From Gonapodya sp. JEL0774 (taxonomy: Eukaryota): 64,000 nucleotides of DNA. Shown here piece by piece: positions 1-10,500 of this stretch. The position numbers and the translations under genes were made by a program. Under the pieces are notes generated by a model. It was not told the origin of the DNA and searched no databases. It worked only from the letters and a program-made list of their open reading frames with translations. Every line of letters starts with the position of its first letter. The first letter of the stretch is position 1. The stretch lies in NCBI GenBank assembly GCA_027604505.1, contig JADIIX010000042.1:1-64000 (forward strand). Reading direction: 5' to 3'.

Positions 1-711
1 GGGACGACAGTCGTTGTGCTCGTGGAGTCACGTGACTCCGGCTAAACTCCCGCTTTTAGCCGTCGTCTCACAACACTAGGTAGCAGCTGAGAACGTAGCG
101 ATACCAATCAAACCTAAGGAAAACTCTACCACTCACTATCAACACATCTTGGTCGCCGCTGCGCCACAACCCTTACCCTCAGACTAACTAATCTAACCGA
201 CTTAGCGATAAGCTACCATATGTCACATGGAGACATCCGCTCGAGTCCATATCATTCAGTCGTGTTTCCAGCATTGACAATCCCTTGGATGTCTCGGTGA
301 CACGAATCTTGCCCATAGAATCCCAAAACCGAATTTTGCAATCGATCTTCTGAAAATTCCAGCGAAGTGTGGACCATATGCACCAATAAATGGAACAACA
401 CAATTGCCAGTAAGTAGCTGGTTATGTTGCACTGCTTCTTCTAAAGATTTCCCACTTAGTTCATTGGAAGTTCAGAATTTGAAATGGGGGAGAGAATAGT
501 CCAATGGAGTGTCAATGGGAAGAGGAGCGCCGATGACACGCTGGTGCACCAAGCTGATTCCACCACGCACAAATGAATTCTACATAGTCCACTTAATTAC
601 GAATCGATTCGAAAAAGTTATTTTCACTTTGTTTTACCGTGGGAGCTTCCAGTTCTGCCGGTTGTTCAGCCAACCCTCCATCGAACCCAACAAGGTCGTT
701 CAACCACGGAC

Positions 712-3038
712 ATGTCAGGACTGGGCCAGGATGATTTTCGCCGCATGATGGCGACGCCGCGCGTGGCAGACTCACAATCGTCGTCTACCACGAGGGCATT
801 CGGCATGTATGTTTTGAGACGCACAAATGTTCGGGAATGACTTGATTTGGCGTCTGCGAACCTGATTCTCTCATTTTTCTCAACTGAAAAATCACTTAAT
901 CCGGATGAAATCCACTCAGGAAAACCCCCAGGCCAGGTGGGGTGTCGGAATTGTCACGCAAGGCGGGTGGGGTGGGACGGAGTGGGGGTATGCGGGACTC
1001 GGAGGGAAGAGTAGCAGGTGGCAAAGACTCTTTTGAGTTCAAGAAACCAGAACCGAAGAAGAAAAAGTGAGTTGTGCTGGAGCTCTTCTTCTTTGGTGTG
1101 TTCACTGAACTTCATCGCGTCAATGCGGTACTGATTGAATCCATCGCAATCAAACTGTCTGTCATTGGGGCACAAAGACTCTTCAAGAAGAAGAAGGGTG
1201 GCTCCGATGACGATGATGAAGACTCGAAATCCTCCTCTAAAGGATCGTACCGGGACCGCGCCGCCGAGCGTCGTCTGGGTAACAACCCTGACTACGAGGA
1301 GTCCGAACGCATCCTCGAAGTTCTCGGCTCGGGAACTCCACGTCAGGCCGGTGCTCACACCCCTCTGGTCTCTGGAACCCCCCGTCTCGCCCCGCCTGAC
1401 CTCTCAAAACCCGCATCCTCCTTCATCCTCCCCACCGCCCCTACCGACGATGTCTCCTCTGGAACTGCCTCCGAGAAGACCACGACTCTCTCCGACGACA
1501 TGACCCAGTACCTTGGGGGCTCCATCACCCACACCCACCTCGTCCGGGGTCTGGACCGCACACTGCTCACCCGCATTCGCAGTGACATCGAGGCAGAAGA
1601 TCTGGCCGAGCGGGATCGCCGGGACGCTGAGGAGTGGGAACGGCGCCAAAAAGAAGAGTCCTCCGCAACCTTCCACTCGGCCTCGGCACGCTCCATCCAC
1701 GACCTTGCCGTCCTTGCCCCACGCCGGACGCCTCCTGAGTTCAACGACATGTTTGTCCGGTCGCGCATGGCGTTCCAGTGGGACCTCGGGTTCGCAACAG
1801 GTGCAAACGGCCTTGGCGTGCCTGACCCGGCGGACTACCTCGGCTCCCCCGACTTGCCCACCACGATCGTCCGGTCAAAGCAAGAGCCGACTGTTCAGGC
1901 CGCGCTGGCGCAGCTTGCGGACCGGAGTGAGCGGATGGTGGTCGACAAGGTGTGTTTGGCCATAAGGCAAGCCAGGGTGGCGCGCGGTGAGAGGGTGGAC
2001 GGGATGGACGAGGAGGAGAAACGAAGACTAAGGAAACAAGAGAAGGAGCGCAAGAAGAAAGAACGCGAGAAGATGGTGCGGGATACGGTGGCGCAGGGTG
2101 GGGGCCTCGGGGTACTCCTACCGTCGGCGGTGTCGTCCAACACCCACCACAGTAAAGCCTCGCTCGCAAATGCACCCGCGTCTGTCACCCTCGTGGTTGG
2201 AAACCCTGACGACGACATATTTGCTGACGCTCCGAGCGAGTATGTCCTCGAAGTCGACCCGGAGCGCAAGGCTCGAGCCGAGACGGAGGTACGGGATGAA
2301 GACGCCGACGACTCTCGCATGGACGTGGACGGGGATAATGGCGGTCGCAAACCGGCCGTAGCCGTCCCCGCCGTGCTGGGCAACCTGTTTGGCGCCAAGG
2401 ACGTTTCCCCCAATGATGGCGTACCTGGTGCCGAAGCTTCTGGGTCGACGCACGATCGGATCGCTCGTTTGGTGCGTGCGGCGGGCGGGCGGATGGACGG
2501 TGATCTGGGCAGCGAGATGGTGGGGGGATCGTTTGATCGCGGAGACGGTGACGGTGGGAAGTCCACGGGCGGAAAGTCACTTTTGGAAGATCTGCTGGAG
2601 GAGGAAGAAGCAGAGAAAATGAAGATCAAGGAGGAAAAGGAACGGACGATGGGGCGAAAGGGGAAGCGTGGCGGTGGACGGGGTGCGGGTGTGAATCCTC
2701 TGGACAGACCCTCGGCCCTGGTCGGCGGTGGGTACGGCGAAGAAGGTGGATTCGACGGGTATGGCTCCTCGGATGAAGAAAGTAGTGTTGCAGCGGACAA
2801 GAAGAAGAAGGGCGGTAGAGCCGGTGAGATGGCTGAGCGAGCCGAGGAGGCCATGAAACGGAACCGAGACAAGCAGAGGGCGGAGATTGAGGTACAGAGG
2901 ATCGGGATGATGATGGATGCAAAGGCAAAAGGGGGTGATGCAGAGGCTTTCCAGGTGGTCACGGCCGGCAACAGGAAGAGGGAGAACGATGCGGCTTTGT
3001 TTGGGGAGTGGGACGGTGGCAAAAAGCAAAGAAAGTGA
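712..3038 (+). CDS. IK: RED/IK spliceosomal protein (RED_N domain), 3 exons (712-806, 920-~1066, ~1178-3038)
   Basis: Exon 1 reads MSGLGQDDFRRMMATPR (RED N-terminal DFRxxxxTPR motif). Exon 3 has SYRDRAAERR, NPDYE and YLGGSITHTHLVRGLD, typical of RED_N. GT-AG introns keep the frame. Confidence 0.88.
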
Positions 3039-3148
3039 CACGAGTTGATGATTTGAAGATGGGGACTTTAAGAATTTTGCTTTGCATGGCATGTAAATAT
3101 AGCAGGATCTAAGAGATCGACATGCGACTTCGTGCGACTTTGGTAAAC

Positions 3149-3330
3149 AGTGCTGTGAAGTAATGAAATCCACACACGACATTCTGCAAAGATTCCAGAC
3201 TTCACATACGTGAGCTCAACGCATCTGCACACATTGTGAAAGTTGCAGACATCAAGATCCACTGGAAGTTATTGGCGTTCCTCCTGGCTCCGCTTCCCAT
3301 CTTGCTTGCCAAACCTGACAACACGTCGCG
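3149..3330 (+). repeat. 182-bp direct repeat, copy 1 (copy 2 at 6051-6232)
   Basis: Ungapped alignment at offset 2902; about 11 mismatches counted by eye (~94% identity). Confidence 0.95.
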
Positions 3331-4321
3331 TCGCGTGCCTGTGAAAGAATTTTTAAGTTACATCAGGCTACCTTTGAGAGATTCAGGCCTATTCCATCAA
3401 CGTAAACTTTGTATGCCAGAAGAATCAGTCAACAGGTATAGTACGAATAGAGAACAAAACAGAGCGTTCAAATCCGTTTTCTTGAGTTTGTATGAGTGAT
3501 GTCATCGTGCACCTGTCCCCCGATAGTGGATCACGTTCGTGGCCTCAGGGATCAAGCTCTCCCCGAAAACTGCAGCTCTTATGATATATAACCAGTCCTT
3601 CGCTAACATCAAAGTGATTTGAGATCCTTCAGCTACAGGAGCGTGCCCGCCTCAAAATTCTACTGTTCCTTCATACCGTGGAAGCAGAGGGCTTGGGCCT
3701 CGTGGGCATCTTGGGGACCACGCCCCTAGTTGAGTCTATTGTTCTCACATCACTCAGGGCAGAGAGGAAACGTAAGTCTATTTTCAACCGTTTGTCTACT
3801 CCTGTACAGCACGTCCTCATTCATCTACCGTTACAATTACTTACCGAATGCAGCGTCGTGCTCAGCCGGTGTCGTGGTATTAACACATCCAAGGGCCTCA
3901 TTACCAGGCCCACGCGTCCTAATGTGTGTACAGCCGCTAGTTATTTCAATACACATCACTACCACCGCTTCTTCAGTTCCACTCCGTCCTACATCTCCAG
4001 TGTCAGCCCCACTACACCAGCTCAATCAATACCCCACCAACCGGCACTGACCCCGCCACCGATCTCAAATGCGGCACCCAGTGGACTCCAGGCAAGCGGC
4101 TGTGAAGAAAGGCAAGGAAGATGGGGCAGGCCGCACTGGTGCAGGAAGACATCGAGCGGATGGACTCGTTCCGGGAGAGACTGCCACGACTCCAATATCC
4201 TTCCCACAGCGCAGGCACACATCCACAGCAAGGCCGAAAGTATGAATCGTTCACTAGCGATATACATAAGAGAGCACGAAGATCAAATAAATCATCAAGT
4301 TGAAATGTGAAGTAGAGTGCA

Positions 4322-4455
4322 AAATCACCGTGTAATTTTTCGAGCCCTGCCGAAAACAGAAGTGTCTTATCGAAAAAACAAAATGAACAAATCAACGTGT
4401 AATTTTTCGAGCCCTGCTCAAAATATGCGTCTCTTATCCAACAAACAAAGCGAAC
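4322..4455 (+). repeat. Two-copy ~67-bp tandem repeat
   Basis: CGTGTAATTTTTCGAGCCCTGC is identical at 4329-4350 and 4396-4417; similarity continues through TCTTATC..AAACAAA..GAACA. Confidence 0.85.
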
Positions 4456-4797
4456 AGCAGATGTAGTTTCAAATCACAGCACGTGCACGGTTTCAAATTG
4501 AGTGCACATCTGACATCAGTCAATCTATTTCAAAGGATTTGAGTGGTTGAGAGAAAGGCCAAAGTGCACAATTGTCCGTGCTTGTATACAACATGGAAGC
4601 CTTCGCTGCTTTCTGTGCAAAAAAATGGTCAAACCGAAATGATCGGGATTGGTTGCGCTTCGCGGAGCAAGATATTTGTTGGTGAAATAGGAGCAGGAAT
4701 CGCAAGACATATGATGTCTGCAGGGTCACGACTGACGATCGGATGTGGCACAAATGATCCTTGTTTAAGACCTCCTTGCTTCTACGTAATGTCTTTC

Positions 4798-5476
4798 TTA
4801 TTCTATGAATGTGAGTCCTGCTTCATCAGTCATTGTCGCCGCCCTAACTTTAACTTTGCACCCAAGCCTCCTCTCTCGCCACAACCGCGCATATCGAACT
4901 GCTTGCTGTTCCACTTCCTTTCTCTTTTTGTTTCTTGCTGTCCGTGCCGTCTTTCCGTTTCCTCCGACCCCCACTGTTCCGCCACCAAGGACAACCTTTA
5001 TCTCTATAACAATGTGGATCCCGCGGTGCTCCACAACAAGATCGCCCACGCCAAGATGTGGAAGGCCTTGAACGACCTGCCACTCTTCTGCGACAACATG
5101 GCAGTCCTTCACGGAAGCCAGACAGTCCTTCAAATACTGCTTGAGCTCCAACTCGGTTGCTACTTTGACGGGTGGAACATCGATTTCTTCACCTGCGTCT
5201 TCCTCGATATCAACATAAGCAGATGCTGTTGGGGGGCGTCCGGGTGGAGAAGGCCTGTCTCTCCCTTGACTCTGTGTGGAGCTCCCTGTTCCGAGATACG
5301 ACGCAGCAGCACCGGCAAGGAGAAGACCGCCCGCAAATAGGCCCAACGCTTTCTGCCATATGATATTCCTCTTTTCAGATTGTTCAGAAGATGGTGGACT
5401 CGCGAACGGAACTCACCCAGGGGTTTGTTTGTGGCTCCTCAGGCTCGCTGTCGTCGCTTCTGTGGGATTGAGCCAT
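4798..5476 (-). CDS. PD-(D/E)xK restriction-endonuclease-fold protein with an N-terminal hydrophobic anchor, 2 exons (5476-5417, 5352-4798)
   Basis: Exon 1 MAQSHRSDDSEPEEPQTNPW, GTGAGT...CAG intron, then KALGLFAGGLLLAGAAASYLG (TM-like). Ordered motifs TELEL, EEW, GVGDLVV, IVIEIK and QAVRY match the E...D...ExK...QxxxY pattern. Confidence 0.72.
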
Positions 5477-6050
5477 AGAGGGAGTGGGCAATTCGCTTTG
5501 AGAAAGAGAAGCCTTCTTTTTGGTGCCTTTTGCAGCCGTTTCGTCGTTTCGCTTATGTGACGGTGGCGCTGCACTCTTACGCCAAATTCGTGGGAGAAAA
5601 AGACAAAACGGTCAAAAGCTGAACCCCGACGTCAATCCCAGCTTCGGTGGTTCTGGAGCTTTCCCAGACAACGTTTGCAGATGCACCTGCCATCATTAGA
5701 TGCCAATACGTGTGCTGGATTTACCTCGGGATCTGCATGAAGTACTATCAAGTGTTATCAATGTGCAACTGGACGAAGGTTAGTTCTATAGTGTTCAACG
5801 AACAAACAAACATGAACAAAACACCAGACTATACGTCCACGCTTTGCTGAAAATCCATGTCTCTTATATTTTGACCTCATATTGACCATCTATCGATGTT
5901 GCACCTTCATACAATTTGCAAGACTCTCATCTCTCTCGTATAACATCAATTGGGACACACCGGACTTCAATATTGATTCGATCAATATTGCACTTTTCAT
6001 CCAATTTGTATGACATCACGTGTCAAAACTGTACTTACTTCAAATCCACA

Positions 6051-6232
6051 AGTGCTGTGAAGTAGTGAAGGCCACACGCAACATTCTTCGAAGATTCCAG
6101 ACTTCACATACGTGAGCCCAACGCATCTGCATACATTGTGAAAGTTGCAGACATCAAGATCCACTGGAAGTTATTGGCGTTCCTCCTGGCTCCGCTTCCC
6201 ATCTGGCTTGCCAAACCTGACGACACGTCGCG
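6051..6232 (+). repeat. 182-bp direct repeat, copy 2, immediately upstream of TBCA
   Basis: Matches 3149-3330; ends 58 bp before the TBCA ATG. Confidence 0.95.
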
Positions 6233-6290
6233 CGACTCTGGGTTTTACGGAACGGAATCCTCACGTACACTTCGTTCAATCCACAACTCT

Positions 6291-7351
6291 ATGTCGATTC
6301 GCGATCTCAAGATTAAAACTGGGGTACTCAAGCGGTGAGATATATCTGATTTGCGTTCACGGGTAGGGCGCTAACGATTGCATTCACCAACGGATAACCC
6401 TCACCTTTCGACCTCATTTGACTTTGTCTCTCATGTTCCCTCCTTTCTGTCTCGCAGTCTGTCTAAGGAGCTTGAGTCATACCACAAGGAGCACGAGCAG
6501 CAGCGCTCCAGGGTTGACAAAATGGTGCAGGAGGGAAAGGATGAACATGACGTAAGGAAGCAGGTAAATTTTCTGAGTTTAGGTCGTTGAAGACGAATGC
6601 TTGGTCTTGGTGCTTGAGCACGCAGATTTGGTGTGCCGACCGTATTGGCTTTGGAGAATCGCTGCCATTACTTTCCGCCCGAGCACAACTCATCTTGAGT
6701 TGGTGGCTGAGTTGTTGTCAAGCTTGAGCTTGGTGGTGCCCCGGAGCGTGAGAGCGGGGAGGCGGATGTAGATAAGGACAACTCCTCGTGCATCCTTGCG
6801 CAGATTCAGATTCTTCAATTACAAATTGAAGTCATGGTGGCGGGCAGCAATTCTATTCTTATTTGCGTGACTTCACTGTTCAAATACCCCTTATGCCACC
6901 GGTGCTGTGCGATCTCGGTGCGTTGACAGCGGGAAGTATTGGAGGAGACGACGAACATGATTCCTGACTGCAAAAAACGACTGGCGGCGGCACATACGGA
7001 GCTGGAACAATTGGTTGCCGTATTAGTTGTGAGTAATGACAAGTAGCTCGAAGTTTGATTCCCGCACGTGACTTTGTGTGTCTTCATGTACCTCTCCCAC
7101 TATTCCATCCTTTCTGGACATACTCTTCCACTTGACCCTCTCATTTTTCATTCATGACTAACTGGCCCGTCTTTCCATGTCTCTCATTACCGTCTCAAAC
7201 ATTTCTGGTGAATGTAATGGATTCGTGATGCTGCTTTGTGTCAAAACTTTGCCTGTTCTTTCTTTTCTACCAGAAATCCAACCCAGCGGTAGAGGCGGGG
7301 GAAGAAGTGGTAGCTGCTCGAGCGGTACTCTCTGAAGTAGTCGTTCAATGA
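6291..7351 (+). CDS. TBCA: Tubulin-specific chaperone A (cofactor A / Rbl2), 4 exons
   Basis: Spliced protein MSIRDLKIKTGVLKR-LSKELESYHKE...DEHDVRKQ-REVLEETTNMIPDCKKRLAAA...; LKIKTGV, RKQ and MIPDC are TBCA hallmarks. Confidence 0.95.
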
Positions 7352-7572
7352 GATTTTGATGCTTTGGAGCGAATACCGGTTTGACAACAATACCATTGCA
7401 TTTCTGATCTGTTCTTAAAATGTAGAATAAATGCAACACTAGCTGTAAACGCGAATTATTGCTACAAGTGAGATGTGGTGGTCGCTTGGTGACTTCGAGT
7501 GAATACCTGTTGATTGGTGCTCATTCTTAGCAGAAAACCCGTTCTCCCCTCCTCCCGTTCTTCGGGCGCCGC

Positions 7573-10500
7573 ATGTCCACTCCTTCCCTTCCTCCCTCTG
7601 GGCCAGACCGAATCGACGATCCATCTTTGCTGGGACCCCGTAGGAGAACCCGTGGACTTCTCTCCGCATACTACGGCATTCAGTCCACTAGCGCCGATGG
7701 AGTTTCATCTATAGCGCCTACGAGTGGATCTGATGCAGGTCATGCTTCGAATTCGGAGCCAACGGCGCTGGACGTCGAAGCTGGTAAACATGCGCCGAGG
7801 ACTACTCGGCAAGGCGTGAACAAGGCAATGACGGACGAAGGGCGCGATAAAATGAAAGAACAGAGAGAAAACTCCGGCAGAGGAGGTGATGCAAGTCGGC
7901 AGCGAGCTGGGATGGTTCCGGCGGTGGTTACTGGACTGCCTCCTCCAACGAGGGAGGGGAGGGTGGCCTCTGTCAGTAGTGGAGCCCCACAAACTCAACA
8001 ACTAGAGAAAGAAAAGCGAAGGAAGAAGGCAGACGCCGCAGACATCAGTGAGTTGTGGAAGAACCTGGCAGCGAACACAGAGATGCACGGCAAGACTTGA
8101 TGTTCATCGCGGGAGGAAGCAAATTTACATCACTGGTGACAATCCCAAGAAGAGTACTGCTTATCACCGCTTCCGTGGTGCGCTTGCTGGATACCTCTGT
8201 TATCACGCAGGGGAAGAAAGTCCGAATAGTCCTCCCTACTCGCGAGGGTATCGTAGTGCTCGAGAGCGTTATGGATCTTGACTGAATGGTATGAAGGGGC
8301 ATTTTTCATGGCCGTTACGCTTAATTCATCCGTCAGTGAAGATGTGAACTCTCGGATTTTATTGGTCCTCCTCTTCTGGTTGACACTGACTGCACCTTTC
8401 ACCGTTCCAGACTCACCTTCTTTCGACCCCGACCGATACGTGAACAAAATGCAATCGGAAGCTGGAGTCGTGGAGCTCATCGCGCGTGACAACGGGCTTA
8501 TTCATGGTACGTACTTTGTTTGCGTCCGTGAATGAGCCGGTTTCGCAAGTGGAATTGGGAATTGCAGTAAGGAGCGGAGCCTTTCTGGCTTTTCACATGC
8601 ACAACAACTGGCCGGAGATCAAATGTGGCTGCCGGAACACGTCAGAGCGATAACCCTATCCCCCACATCACGTGTTGTGCACATTCTCACAGAGGACGTG
8701 CCTCCTGTACTTCTCGTACTTTTTTGTACCTCATCCCTGTCCCTCATACAGCCATCACTGCTCTTGACGGAGAAATGAAGACTTTGGTATATGAAAACTA
8801 TTCAAAGTTCATCACAGCAACGGAAACCATCGGCAAGGTGTGTCTTCGAGCATTACAACAGGAGCACAGGAGGAGAAAGCAAGAAGCTCTCCATCCAAGA
8901 AGATACCAACAGAAGTACCTTACGTTGACACTCTCCTTCTCTGCTCTGTTTGCCAGATGGAATCGTCCCTCCCATCCGCGCGACAATCACTGGACGAACT
9001 GACACAGTCCGTAGATGCCGTTAGCTCCCAGGTGCTAGGTGTGAGTGCGGCGATGGCGGAGAAGAGAGCGAAGATTCAGAAGTTGGGGGGTGTTGTGGGA
9101 GTGTTGCAGAAGGTAAGGATCGCACGCTCAAAGCGACGGAAGTCTTGAAGTGCATTAGAGATCGGAGAGCTTTATGAGACCTCCACAACGTACTTTCCAT
9201 GGCTGGTTTGGTACAGTACTCGAGTCTTCCTCCTTCGCTAAGGATAGTCTTTGCTCCTGGCGCAGCTCCAATTCTTGTTCGACCTTCCACCTCGACTCCA
9301 CCATTTCCTTGGGTCAGCAAACTTCTCTCAAGCAGTACGCTCTTACGCTCGGACCTCCCGACTCTTGAGACGATATGCCCACCTTGCCGCGTTCCGTCGT
9401 GTTGCGGATGAATGCGAGCAGGTCATGAAGGAAATAGAGAAAGGGGTGGAAATGAAGATGAGATCGGAAAAGGTTGGTGGGTGGCTGACTTTGCATTGAC
9501 TCATGAAAATCTTCCTAACTCATCACTCTCCCTTAGTCGTCCATCGCAGAAGTCACTGAGATGACGGAACTCCTCATCGGCCTTGGGCGGAATCCGAAAG
9601 AACTGTCAAAGGAGTACCTGAAGTGGTGAGCGCCGCTACTCTCACGGTCCATTTCCGTAAATTGGAAAGTAACAGTGTCTACAACTGCCACCTTAGTGTG
9701 ACCATGCAGCTGGTTAAATTGAGAGCATCTGCGGAATCTGAGATTTCCAAGCTGGAAGTGGAGATCACTGAAGTGGAGCAGAGACGGGCATCCACGCCAG
9801 GAGCAGTGGGATTGTCTGGTGACAACTCTTTATCTCCCTCAAATCTGGAGACTCTAACCCCTCCGCGGAGTCCATACCATTTGCCGACCATTCAATCTGG
9901 GAATCCTCTCGATCTTCGTCCTTTACCTGCGACCCGTGGACAGATTTCCAGTGAGACAGACGCCGAAACAACATTCTCACCCATGAATCCTTCTTCGGCT
10001 CCAGATCCTCCTCCCAAACCCGTCGATCCTCTAGTCATTGCAGCTGATCGCAAAGTCGACATATTGAATGAAACATACCTCTCTGCTTTCGCACTATTCG
10101 TTGAGTCTTATGATGCAATGTTCTTATCTGGTGCCTCAATAGCATCTGCCTCCCCAACGAGTGCGCAGGCACTTCGAGAAGGGGGGTTACGACCAGGCAT
10201 GCGCTCTCGTGCAGCAACCAGAGCCCAATCTTCGCCTAGAATGTTGGCAGCTGTGGGTGCATCGAATGCGTCGCTTATAAATTCTGGTCCTGGAGGTGAT
10301 AAGGACCGAGGAACTGAGGTTGCCGGGCGATTTGTGGCCAAAATGACGACTGAAGAGGTTGCAGAGTGCAAGTGGGGACTGGAAGCTGCTCTGGGAGAAA
10401 TGGAACGAGGATATTTGGATGTCGTGGAGACGATGGTGGGAGTTAGTATGGTGAGTTGAGTTCTACTTTGTTAATTCGTGTATAGGGCCCATGAACTCAG

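Noticed and set aside
70..480. Possible minus-strand gene fragment at the left edge
   Set aside because: Splice-like signals are present but no coherent, recognisable reading frame could be assembled within the window.
1895..3022. Long antisense ORFs (also 23316-24398 and 52908-53942)
   Set aside because: They are shadows of GC-rich coding exons on the opposite strand (RED, LRRCC1, SSK2) and have no motifs of their own.
3678..4310. 210-aa ORF inside the cassette
   Set aside because: Non-ATG start, low complexity and no recognisable motif; it cannot be supported as a gene.
4322..4455. CRISPR-like array
   Set aside because: Only two units, the putative spacers are similar to each other, the context is eukaryotic and there are no cas genes.
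3149..6232. LTR retrotransposon interpretation of the direct repeats
   Set aside because: No gag, RT or integrase remnants; no clear TG...CA boundaries coinciding with the repeat ends; no target-site duplication, PBS or PPT seen.
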